A stretch of 32,289 nt of DNA from a virus (IMGVR_UViG_3300035670_000856:1-32289), one strand, 5' to 3'. Counted from the first letter of the stretch, positions 18,633 through 27,538 are shown. The notes: generated by a model from the sequence alone, not told the origin. A program made the numbers and translations.

Positions 18633-20393
18633 ATGCCTAAAGTTTCAGTAAAATTCTTAGAACCATATTTCGTTCAAGGTATACGTCATACTCATTATAA
18701 AGTAAGTGTTGAGAAATATGAAGAGTTAGAAATACACGCTGATGGAGAATATCCAACTAAATTAATTGATGAACGTAGACCAGCTGAATCAGATGAGATA
18801 AAAAATTATCGTAAGAAAATTTTTGTACCAAACACTAAGCCATATTTTACTAAAATTTTTAATAGTTTACAAAAGATTCGTAAAAGTCCTGATTGGATGG
18901 TAGTATTTAAAAATGAATTACCAAGTAAAATAGCAAAAGACGAATCACCTGAAAATTATATCAATAAAAAATTTCCAAAATATACAAGCATTACAAACTG
19001 GTTTTTCTCAGTTTGCTTTAAACAGTATTTAATTGATGCTAATGGAGTAGTATTTACTATGCCATTGGAAATGAAAACTGCAAGCAACGAGTTTTATAAA
19101 CCATATCCAAAAATATTTTGTAGTGAGAATGTATTAGATTACGAGATTGGTAAATATTATATTCTTAAAGAAGAAGAGAACACTGTATACACAGAAAACA
19201 ATCAAACATACTCTGATGGCGAATTAATTTATGTAATTCAAAGTGATATCATACAAACTTTTGAAAAACGTATATCTGGTATTTATGCTAAAGATACTTA
19301 TGTAAATAAATTAAATTATATACCAGTAAGGCATTTGCATGGTGTTGTAGTTGAAGAGTACAATAAATGTGTATTGTACGAATCTCGTATTAGTGGTATT
19401 GTACCAAAATTTAATGAAGCAATTCGAGAGTACAGCGATTTGCAAGCAGAGATCGTGCAGCACATTCACTCTACAATGTGGGCTATACAACCACAACAAT
19501 GCGGCAGGTGTAAAGGTGTAGGTGAAATACCCAAAGAAAACTCAGTGCCAGTTCAATGCCCTTCATGTAATGGTAAAGGATTAATGGCATTAAATCCATA
19601 TGAGCATTTGATCTTAAGCGCTCCAAGACCTGGTGACAATTCAATTCCAACTCCACCAATTGGATATGTTACAAAGCAAACTGATATTGCTAAATTGCAA
19701 GAAGAGCGCATTAAGCAACATATTTATGATGCAATGAGTTCTATTAATATGGAATTTTTATCTGAGATACCTTTAGCTCAATCAGGTGTTGCTAAGCAAG
19801 TTGATAGAGAAGAATTATATAGCTTTGTACATTCAATTGCCGAGGATTGCGTACGTATTATTGATGATGTGTGCTATGATATATGTGCATGGAGGTATAT
19901 GGATATTGAAAGTGATATTGATATGTTAGTGCCGTATATTCCAGTGCCTGAGCGATTTGATTTATTAAGTGGCAAAGTATTAATTGATGAATTAGCTTTA
20001 ATGGTTCAAAGTAAAGTTGATCCTGCAATTATTAATGCTGCGCAAATTGAATTAGCTGGTAAAAAATTTAATGACAACAGAGTGAAAGATCTTGTTGTAT
20101 TAAAGTTAAAATTAGATCCATTCGCTGGTGTGCCAGAAGAATCTATTAGCTTGCAAAAAACATTTGATGCTGTTAGTCAAAATGATTTAATCATACATAG
20201 CAACATCAATAAATTTGTAACTAGAGCTCTAGAGAACGTTAAAAATTTTAATGAAATGACTTACGAAGAGCAAATGGAAATTATGAATGAATATGCAGAA
20301 GAATTAATAAAACCTAAAGTTCAAAAAATGCCAGTAGAACCTGATGATCAAGATGATGATCAAGATGATGATGTAAATACTAATGGCAACTGA
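18633..20393 (+). CDS. Portal protein with a DnaJ-type zinc-finger insertion
   Basis: 586 aa, upstream of MuF-scaffold-capsid; AQSGVAKQVD portal-like motif; CGRCKGVG and CPSCNGKG; acidic tail. Confidence 0.75.
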   Translation: MPKVSVKFLEPYFVQGIRHTHYKVSVEKYEELEIHADGEYPTKLIDERRPAESDEIKNYRKKIFVPNTKPYFTKIFNSLQKIRKSPDWMVVFKNELPSKIAKDESPENYINKKFPKYTSITNWFFSVCFKQYLIDANGVVFTMPLEMKTASNEFYKPYPKIFCSENVLDYEIGKYYILKEEENTVYTENNQTYSDGELIYVIQSDIIQTFEKRISGIYAKDTYVNKLNYIPVRHLHGVVVEEYNKCVLYESRISGIVPKFNEAIREYSDLQAEIVQHIHSTMWAIQPQQCGRCKGVGEIPKENSVPVQCPSCNGKGLMALNPYEHLILSAPRPGDNSIPTPPIGYVTKQTDIAKLQEERIKQHIYDAMSSINMEFLSEIPLAQSGVAKQVDREELYSFVHSIAEDCVRIIDDVCYDICAWRYMDIESDIDMLVPYIPVPERFDLLSGKVLIDELALMVQSKVDPAIINAAQIELAGKKFNDNRVKDLVVLKLKLDPFAGVPEESISLQKTFDAVSQNDLIIHSNINKFVTRALENVKNFNEMTYEEQMEIMNEYAEELIKPKVQKMPVEPDDQDDDQDDDVNTNGN

Positions 20394-22089
20394 TTCAAAT
20401 AAAATAATTTCTGATATTGAGCAAATTATCGAATCTAAAGTCGATAAATGGGGCACCACTATGCCTAAAGTGGAGCAAGATATATTTAATGAATTAGCAC
20501 AATTAGCTGGAGAATTAGAAGAAGTAAATGGAAAAATAAAACCTTCAGTAAAAAATATAAAAACAATAAGTAGGATTAAATCATTATTGCAAAAAGTAAT
20601 TTTTAATGATGAATATAAAGATCAACTTGATGATGTAGTAAAAACAGTTAATGAAGTAACTAAACTACAGAATAAATATTTTACTAGTACTGTAGAAAAG
20701 TTTAAAGTACCTAAAGTAGCTAAAGAAGTACAACAGTTATCAATACAAACTATTGTTGATCAATTAGGCAAAAGTGGGATTGATACAAACATACTTACAC
20801 CTATTAAAGATATTTTATTAAAAAATATTACTACTGGTGGAAGCAAAAAACAATTTTTAGAACAAGCTAAAGCGTATATTACTAAGACTGATGCAAGTGA
20901 AGGTAAATTAAGTAGATATACAAAGCAAATTGTAACTGATTCGTTAAATCAGTATACAGCTAATTATAATTCAATTTTAAGTGATGATTTAGGATTCGAG
21001 TGGTTTATATATAGTGGAACTAATAAAGATACTACACGTGAATTTTGTAAAGCTGTTACTGGTTGCAAAGATCTAAAATTTATACATAAATCGCAATTTA
21101 AAGATTTATTGGCAGGTAATATTTGTGGAGATACAATTCCATTAAATAAAAAGACTGATTTGCCAAATGGAATGATCGAAGGCACTAATGTTAGTAATTT
21201 TCAAACTAATCGTGGAGGATATAATTGCAATCACCAATTAACTGGTGTACCAACAGCAATAGTGCCTCAAGAATATATTGATAGAATAAATAATAAAAAT
21301 AAAAAAGTAGAAACTCAAAAACTTTATTCTAATAATCCAAAAATTGTATCAATTGAACGAGATAAAACAGTATTAGAAGAAAACGGGCAAAATATAATAT
21401 ATAATGATTATATAGGTCCCGATGCAGAATTTAAAAATATTGTTGAGTTTGAAGAAAATAAACTTCCTAAAATTGTTGAAGAAAGAAACAAAACAATAGT
21501 TAATGAAAGTCAAAAACAAGCATTAAAAGCATATAAAACATTACAATATGACTTAATAAATTATATATTAGAAGATAATAAACAAAAATTATTAGGTAAA
21601 GATCCAATTAGATTAGAAAAGCTTAAAAATAATATTATAGAAATTAAAGCGCTATTTGAAAAAAATAAAATCACTGAAAACACGGTCTTCTATAGAGGGG
21701 CAGCTGTAAATTTGCCTGGTTTACAATGTGGAACTAAAAATAATATTATTGGAAATATAAACGGGATTGTTGCTACAATATTTAATGAGAATAAATTCAA
21801 ATCAGTATCATACTCCTTTACAAAAGCTAGAGAATTTTTAGTTAATGCAATAAAAAGGCAATATTTTTATAAATCATTAAAAGATTGTAAGATCCCAGTT
21901 TTACTTAAAGTAATTGTTGAAAAAGGAAAAGATGGAATTTATTTAGATGCATTAGGTGAAAATGAAGGAGAATTTGAAATGCTTCTTAATAATAAAGATC
22001 AATATTATGTTTTAAGTGTAGAAAAAAAAGAATTAAATGTAGATAATAAAACGGTAGAATATTTATATATAACTGTAAAACTAACATAA
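20383..22089 (+). CDS. MuF-type minor head protein fused to a C-terminal ADP-ribosyltransferase (VIP2/C3-like)
   Basis: N part has YSG..D.TREFC and GGYNCNH MuF-like motifs. C part has ALKAY...YDLINYIL, FYRG (21688), FKSVS (21796) and EGEFEMLL (ExE at 21970-21978). Confidence 0.82.
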   Translation: MATDSNKIISDIEQIIESKVDKWGTTMPKVEQDIFNELAQLAGELEEVNGKIKPSVKNIKTISRIKSLLQKVIFNDEYKDQLDDVVKTVNEVTKLQNKYFTSTVEKFKVPKVAKEVQQLSIQTIVDQLGKSGIDTNILTPIKDILLKNITTGGSKKQFLEQAKAYITKTDASEGKLSRYTKQIVTDSLNQYTANYNSILSDDLGFEWFIYSGTNKDTTREFCKAVTGCKDLKFIHKSQFKDLLAGNICGDTIPLNKKTDLPNGMIEGTNVSNFQTNRGGYNCNHQLTGVPTAIVPQEYIDRINNKNKKVETQKLYSNNPKIVSIERDKTVLEENGQNIIYNDYIGPDAEFKNIVEFEENKLPKIVEERNKTIVNESQKQALKAYKTLQYDLINYILEDNKQKLLGKDPIRLEKLKNNIIEIKALFEKNKITENTVFYRGAAVNLPGLQCGTKNNIIGNINGIVATIFNENKFKSVSYSFTKAREFLVNAIKRQYFYKSLKDCKIPVLLKVIVEKGKDGIYLDALGENEGEFEMLLNNKDQYYVLSVEKKELNVDNKTVEYLYITVKLT

Positions 22090-22090
22090 G

Positions 22091-22291
22091 ATGACAATTT
22101 TAGATAAATGGGAAAATACTGAATTTGATGTATCACAATGTGTAAATTGCAAACACAAAAACATAGGACAACCTACTTGTGAGGCATTTAAAGATGGAAT
22201 TCCAATTGAAATTTTAAAAAATACAATCAAGCATAATAAACCAACGCCGTATCAAAAAAATGATATTGTATATGAAAAACTAGAAAACTAA
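22091..22291 (+). CDS. Small Cys/His protein, candidate immunity partner of the MuF-ART
   Basis: CVNCKH...CEAFKDGIP.EI.....H..P; starts 1 nt after the toxin stop. Confidence 0.6.
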   Translation: MTILDKWENTEFDVSQCVNCKHKNIGQPTCEAFKDGIPIEILKNTIKHNKPTPYQKNDIVYEKLEN

Positions 22292-22293
22292 AT

Positions 22294-22301
22294 TATATTT
22301 G
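22294..22301 (+). promoter_or_regulatory. Bacteroidota-type -7 promoter element (TATATTTG)
   Basis: TAnnTTTG in the short gap before the scaffold/capsid block. Confidence 0.5.
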
Positions 22302-22305
22302 TATT

Positions 22306-22530
22306 ATGGAACAAGAAATGCTAGAAGTAGTAAAAGATGGGAAAGTGTGGTTTGAATTCCCATCAGCAAATGAAATGAATGTGCGCGCAATGTTGATGAA
22401 AGACAATTTAGATCGCGTGTGTGAAATACGTAGAAAAAATATCAATATCAACGTTGTAAAAGAAAAAGTTACAAAACAAGAAAAAGTTATTGATTTAAAC
22501 AAACAAAAAGAAACAAAGGAAAAACCATGA
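22306..22530 (+). CDS. Hypothetical protein
   Basis: 74-aa ORF with ATGA overlap to the next gene. Confidence 0.65.
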   Translation: MEQEMLEVVKDGKVWFEFPSANEMNVRAMLMKDNLDRVCEIRRKNININVVKEKVTKQEKVIDLNKQKETKEKP

Positions 22531-23438
22531 CACTAGCAGAATTAATTCAAGAATTAGCAAATCGAGTTAATATTGACAATGACAATATTGATTTAAAAAC
22601 ATTAGTGATGAACCCTAATTTGTCGCAAATTAATATTAGCGATGAATTGTCAAATGAATTCCAATCAAAGTTGATGAGTGAAGATCAAGCGCGCATCAAC
22701 CCTAATTTAAACACACATTTTAAAAAGCATTATATTGGAACTGCTTTAAAAACAGTTGATAGCAAAATTGCTGATTTAGTTAATGCTTTAGAGTTAGATG
22801 ACAATTATCGTAGTCATTTTGATAACGAGCAAAATACTTATAATAAAATCGAAATGATTGCTCAATTAATTAAAGATAATAAATCAAATAATAATAAATC
22901 AAATAATAAACAAGATAGTGATTACGACAAACAATCATTATTGAATAAAATCAATGAACTTACAGAGCAATTGAATTGGGAAAAAGAGAGTCGCGATTAT
23001 TATATTCAAGATATTAATAATGATTGGAAAAATAGGTTGAGTGAAAAAGAACTCAATAGCATTTTTTCACAATATAATTATGCAATGGATATTGATAAAG
23101 ATATCGCTGTACAAACCGCAAGGACTTTAGTTGAAAAGAAACTAAAAGAAAAAGGTGGTATGTATACATTTGATGATCAATCAGGGTTTAAATTAGTAAA
23201 CTACGAAACACCTGATTTGCCATTTACAATTGATAATAAGCAAATTGATTTTAAAAAGTTTGTTGATAACGTGCTTGCTGAAAATAAACTACTAAAAGTA
23301 AATACGCCAGCAGAGCATCAGCAAACAAATACACAAGCAACAATTAACGAATTGTCTGTATTAAAAGCAAATATGCCAGCACCTGCTGCTAGAACGCAAA
23401 CTAGCAAAGCAATTTCTGATTTTATCGCTGGAAGTTAA
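22527..23438 (+). CDS. Putative capsid scaffolding protein
   Basis: Helical, charged, directly upstream of the capsid gene; low-complexity C-terminus. Confidence 0.65.
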   Translation: MTLAELIQELANRVNIDNDNIDLKTLVMNPNLSQINISDELSNEFQSKLMSEDQARINPNLNTHFKKHYIGTALKTVDSKIADLVNALELDDNYRSHFDNEQNTYNKIEMIAQLIKDNKSNNNKSNNKQDSDYDKQSLLNKINELTEQLNWEKESRDYYIQDINNDWKNRLSEKELNSIFSQYNYAMDIDKDIAVQTARTLVEKKLKEKGGMYTFDDQSGFKLVNYETPDLPFTIDNKQIDFKKFVDNVLAENKLLKVNTPAEHQQTNTQATINELSVLKANMPAPAARTQTSKAISDFIAGS

Positions 23439-23547
23439 ATTAACTGATGCAAGAACTAATATACTAGGTCGCGAGACAACACTTTAAAAATTAGGGCTAT
23501 TGCCAATACATTATTTCAAATTATTACACATTAAAAAAAATTAAATC

Positions 23548-24681
23548 ATGGCAAATGGTTATTGCGAAGCCCTGTTACTTCATTTAGACAGTATTGCAGG
23601 GCAAAACTATCCGGGTCAAAAAGTAACAATTCCTGGATTTTTAAATATGTTAATGACTTCACCTGATCGTCCTTCAACTATTCAAGAAGGTTTTCAGAAT
23701 GGTCATTACCGCACGGTCAATGTAAAATACATGCCGCGGACAACGATTAGTCAAGTTTCAACTGCTGATACTTGTGCTGTTGATGTGATTCCAATTTATA
23801 AAGAAACTAGTGTTGCAGTAAACAACATCGTTCAAACTGGTGTATGGATTACTGATGATGTAATTCGACAGTATTGCGAAGAAGCTAGTGCAACTGTTGC
23901 TGTTGGTCAACCTGCTACGCAGATGATGAACGAGCACTTACGTGGCATTTTAAATGCTATGAATGGTATCTATCAAAAGATGGAAAACGTGTTAACTACG
24001 TCAATGGCAAGTAACTTTGGTAAACACAAGGCTACTGGCACTGCAACTGCTGTTACAGTGAACATCGAGCAAGATGGAACATTGAATGATCTTGGCACTG
24101 GTATGACTAAGTTGTTAATGGATGCTGAAGCTAACGAATTTTGCGGTACGCCGTATTTCGTTGGAGCACTCGGTTCATTAATGCACGCGTACTCTATTCA
24201 AAAGCAGCGCGCTGGTTTGGCTACTGGTTTAGGATATAATCCACAAGCTTTAGCTAGCGACTTCCAATTCTTTGCTTCTGGTCAGACTGCGTCTACATGG
24301 GGAGCTCAACACGTTGGTATGTTCGCGCCAGGTTCAGTTCATTTGATCGAGCGTTTAGATAATGTTGGAAGCTTTGCTGGTCAACGTGGATCTTCATTCT
24401 TCACTACAATTACAGATCCTCGCACTCAATGCTGGACTCCAAATGGAATTGGTAACATCCAATTTGATTTGCAAGTGAAGTACATTGATTGTCCTGAAGA
24501 TTTAGGTTCTAATATTACTAACGGTTATATTAGCGAATCAAGCATTACTGGAGCACGTGGTACCTTGCTTTTAATTAAAAAGCGTTATGGTTTATTCACT
24601 ACACCAACTGATGCTTATGATGGAGCTGATGTTATGGCTGGTAGCAATGGAGCTCTTCGTTACACAATGACAAATTCTTAA
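23548..24681 (+). CDS. Major capsid protein
   Basis: 377 aa, G/A/T-rich, higher GC and biased codons, positioned after the scaffold. Called by synteny and size. Confidence 0.8.
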   Translation: MANGYCEALLLHLDSIAGQNYPGQKVTIPGFLNMLMTSPDRPSTIQEGFQNGHYRTVNVKYMPRTTISQVSTADTCAVDVIPIYKETSVAVNNIVQTGVWITDDVIRQYCEEASATVAVGQPATQMMNEHLRGILNAMNGIYQKMENVLTTSMASNFGKHKATGTATAVTVNIEQDGTLNDLGTGMTKLLMDAEANEFCGTPYFVGALGSLMHAYSIQKQRAGLATGLGYNPQALASDFQFFASGQTASTWGAQHVGMFAPGSVHLIERLDNVGSFAGQRGSSFFTTITDPRTQCWTPNGIGNIQFDLQVKYIDCPEDLGSNITNGYISESSITGARGTLLLIKKRYGLFTTPTDAYDGADVMAGSNGALRYTMTNS

Positions 24682-24692
24682 TTAATTATTTA

Positions 24693-25697
24693 ATGAATTG
24701 TTTAAATAATTATATTGGTCTAAGAGGGTGCGGGAGTACCGCGCCCTCCTCTGGGCTTTATATAAACGATTTGCCTGGTATTTCTATAAAACAATTAGTT
24801 GCTTTAACTAACGAAGAAGAGGCAACATACATTGATTTGTGGAATATGATACAACGAAGATCTGAACAAAGATTTAGTTTAGATGTTCGCGAGCAAATGA
24901 CTAAAAGCTATAGGATAAAAAATTTATTGCAATCAATTAACTTAGGTAATAATATTCAAGCGCCTATTGTTAATTCTACATCTGCTGATTATTTAGGATT
25001 TACAATTGAAATGGTAGAAGATGTAGATTATGAATATGTACCAAGTCCTTTGGCATCTATTCATGTTCAAGAATTGAGATATTACGCAACAGAGATTGTT
25101 TTCAATCCAACAATTGATATTAAAATATTTGATTTGTTTACTAATGAGGAGTTGTTCTCGTACACACTTACTAAGCAATTAGGGTGGAACACAATCCCTG
25201 TCAATAAAACATTTCATAATAATTACGCGGTGAATTCTTGGAGTGTTTATTGTTGTTATGACGCTGCAAACGAAGGATCTTACGCTCCATTAGATATTCC
25301 ATTATACCATAGCACACCTACGTGTTGTGATGTGCGTTTACGTGGTGGTATTAATATCTCAAATAATTATACATATACTAGTGATACATATGGCTTAAGC
25401 GGCCAGTTTAGTATTGTTTGTAATTGGGATTCTATTGTTTGTCAGAATAAAACCATATTTGCAAGAGCTTATTGGTATTTATTAGGCATTGAATTAATTA
25501 CTGAACAATTATATAGTAATAAATTAAATCGATTTACGACAATTGATTTAAATAGAGCTAATGAACTCAGGAAAGAATATCAAATTGAGTACATGAAGTC
25601 ATTAGAACAAATTGCTTATGGATTTAAACTAGATTGTGATTGTTGTTTAGAATGTAGTGGTGCAGTGCAAGTAAGAGAATCAAACCAATTTTATTAA
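24693..25697 (+). CDS. Head-tail connector/structural protein, Cys-rich
   Basis: Follows the capsid gene; ends DCDCCLEC. Confidence 0.6.
   Translation: MNCLNNYIGLRGCGSTAPSSGLYINDLPGISIKQLVALTNEEEATYIDLWNMIQRRSEQRFSLDVREQMTKSYRIKNLLQSINLGNNIQAPIVNSTSADYLGFTIEMVEDVDYEYVPSPLASIHVQELRYYATEIVFNPTIDIKIFDLFTNEELFSYTLTKQLGWNTIPVNKTFHNNYAVNSWSVYCCYDAANEGSYAPLDIPLYHSTPTCCDVRLRGGINISNNYTYTSDTYGLSGQFSIVCNWDSIVCQNKTIFARAYWYLLGIELITEQLYSNKLNRFTTIDLNRANELRKEYQIEYMKSLEQIAYGFKLDCDCCLECSGAVQVRESNQFY
24724..24748 (+). promoter_or_regulatory. GC-rich stem-loop just after the capsid gene (attenuator or mRNA stabiliser)
   Basis: GAGGGTGCGG-gagta-CCGCGCCCTC, 10-bp stem with one G-U pair. Confidence 0.55.
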
Positions 25698-25702
25698 GAA
25701 CC

Positions 25703-25744
25703 ATGTGTGGCTGTAAAGGTAAACCTCGCGGAGGTAAAAAATGA
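25703..25744 (+). CDS. 13-aa micro-ORF MCGCKGKPRGGKK
   Basis: Fills the intergenic gap; ATGA overlap with the gene at 25741. Confidence 0.45.
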   Translation: MCGCKGKPRGGKK

Positions 25745-26298
25745 TTAAAACAGAAATTGATTTAAGTCAATTAGATCAATTAAAAAATAAAATTCTATCA
25801 TTTGAAGAGAATGATACATTGCTTCGTACTGTTTCATTTGGCATATATGCTTTAATGAAAACACGGATACATGATAGTGGTATTAAAAGTGATGGCACAA
25901 ATATTGGTACATATAGTCCTGGGTATTTAGATTGGAGGTTAAAAAATAATTATGCAGCTCAAGGAAATACTGTTAAATTATTTTTGACAGGACAAATGCA
26001 AAATGATTTTAGTGTAGGAAAGTATGATAAAACATCATATGCAATAGGCTTTCAAAATAAAATTAATTATGATAAAAGCATAAATGCTGAAGATGGCCAA
26101 CAACCGCATTCTGTAAAAGCACATACAAGAAAAATTAAGAACCCCAAACCTGGCGGTAAAAATACAGTTGCAGTAAGATCATATCAATCAAAAGGTTGGA
26201 GTGGATATGGAAAAATATATGATTTAACTGATGATGAAAAAAAAGCATTGAATAAAATTGTTACAAGCTTTTTAGATAATTTATTTAATAGTAAATAA
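25741..26298 (+). CDS. Putative neck/tail-completion protein (Mu gpG / HK97 gp10-like)
   Basis: Basic; L.LTGQMQNDFSV motif; position between head and tail tube genes. Confidence 0.6.
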   Translation: MIKTEIDLSQLDQLKNKILSFEENDTLLRTVSFGIYALMKTRIHDSGIKSDGTNIGTYSPGYLDWRLKNNYAAQGNTVKLFLTGQMQNDFSVGKYDKTSYAIGFQNKINYDKSINAEDGQQPHSVKAHTRKIKNPKPGGKNTVAVRSYQSKGWSGYGKIYDLTDDEKKALNKIVTSFLDNLFNSK

Positions 26299-26903
26299 TG
26301 CCGTATATAAATCAAATAGTAGATATTATCAATACAACGTTATCTGCAGGTAAACTGAAAGATGATAAACGGTTTGTAAAAATGTTGCATGGTCTTAGCG
26401 AATTATTAGTAGCTAATCAAAAAGACAATGTACAAAATACAATTCCAGTGTTAATTGATTTAAATGGCGGAGTAATTTTTTCTGGATTTAATGATATATA
26501 TAGTATTATAATTTATCATAGGTGCATTGGCACAAATATAGTGCAACCACCAGTAGCTTTTGGAGATGGTAATAATACTGCTAGAGAAGAAGCTAGTATG
26601 CGTATGATTGTTTACGCTGATAGATATACAACTAGAATGCAACCACAACAATTATCTTTTTATTTGTCGAGTGGATTGCAACAGCAATTAACACAATCTC
26701 AAATTACAAATTTTGATGGATTATATGGTGCAACAATTGAAGTGAATTCAACTTCATATGATTCATTAGCACTATATTCTCAAGAATATAGATTGGATCA
26801 AAGTACATTTAAACTTGGTCCTAATGATATGTATTTTAGTATTGATTATAAAATAACAACGGATTATGACGTTACTTGCATCAGTGATTGTCCTAACTGT
26901 TAA
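26298..26903 (+). CDS. Putative tail terminator
   Basis: Immediately upstream of the tail tube gene; called by synteny only. Confidence 0.5.
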   Translation: MPYINQIVDIINTTLSAGKLKDDKRFVKMLHGLSELLVANQKDNVQNTIPVLIDLNGGVIFSGFNDIYSIIIYHRCIGTNIVQPPVAFGDGNNTAREEASMRMIVYADRYTTRMQPQQLSFYLSSGLQQQLTQSQITNFDGLYGATIEVNSTSYDSLALYSQEYRLDQSTFKLGPNDMYFSIDYKITTDYDVTCISDCPNC

Positions 26904-26915
26904 AATAAAAACGCA

Positions 26916-27473
26916 ATGAGTGTATACTATCCAGCGAGTAATTGTGGTGGAGGAGCGATCCCACAATATACTTGCAATCCTTGTCCGACTTATGAATATT
27001 CACGAATTCGCTCTGTTGCTTATGTAAAAAACACATTTAGTTTTACTGATCCATCTGATCCAACAGAATGGAATTCAGGTTTAGCTAGTGGTGATATCAT
27101 TGTACTTTGGGCTACTAGTGGTCAGTATGATGGTGGTACTATTGAGGAGTTAGTAGGTTTTGGTGATGCTGAAACCGTAAACGGCGGTATCACACACGTG
27201 CTGACTTACAAAGATCCTAACACTACTGCTAACTGTGATTTTTATAATGCAATTAAAGATAGTACTGATTATACTATTTATTTCAGGACTAGTTCTAAGA
27301 TTTGGGAAGCAGGCGCACCAGTAACTATTACGCCAAAAATGCCTGTTGCTGAAGATTTGAAAGCCGTACTGACGTATGAAGTAACATTGAAATGGCAAAA
27401 CTCTAATTTGCCTTGTCCTTACGACGTACCAGATGGTATTTTTAATCAGTGCTATATTCCTATTGTTGCATAA
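26916..27473 (+). CDS. Major tail tube protein
   Basis: 185 aa, acidic and T/G-rich, C-terminal YEVTLKW strand, followed by a strong terminator. Confidence 0.65.
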   Translation: MSVYYPASNCGGGAIPQYTCNPCPTYEYSRIRSVAYVKNTFSFTDPSDPTEWNSGLASGDIIVLWATSGQYDGGTIEELVGFGDAETVNGGITHVLTYKDPNTTANCDFYNAIKDSTDYTIYFRTSSKIWEAGAPVTITPKMPVAEDLKAVLTYEVTLKWQNSNLPCPYDVPDGIFNQCYIPIVA

Positions 27474-27502
27474 TAATATTGCACAATAAATAATTTATAA
27501 AG

Positions 27503-27526
27503 GGGGACTTAGGTCCCCTTTTTTTT
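27503..27526 (+). terminator. Intrinsic terminator
   Basis: GGGGAC-ttag-GTCCCC followed by T8. Confidence 0.9.
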
Positions 27527-27530
27527 ATAA

Positions 27531-27538
27531 TATATTTG
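27531..27538 (+). promoter_or_regulatory. Bacteroidota-type -7 promoter element (TATATTTG) for the lysis genes
   Basis: TAnnTTTG directly after the terminator. Confidence 0.55.

Noticed and set aside
20343-20373. GATGATCAAGAT tandem repeat at the portal 3' end
   Set aside because: Simple low-complexity acidic tail (DDQDDDQDDD).
22878-22909. AATAAATCAAATAAT tandem repeat in the scaffold gene
   Set aside because: Short in-frame slippage duplication in an Asn/Lys linker; no sign of function.
8657-27398. Short alternative-frame ORFs nested in larger genes (8657-8872, 17129-17320, 17645-17827 and similar)
   Set aside because: Almost wholly overlap longer genes, with no motif or start context.
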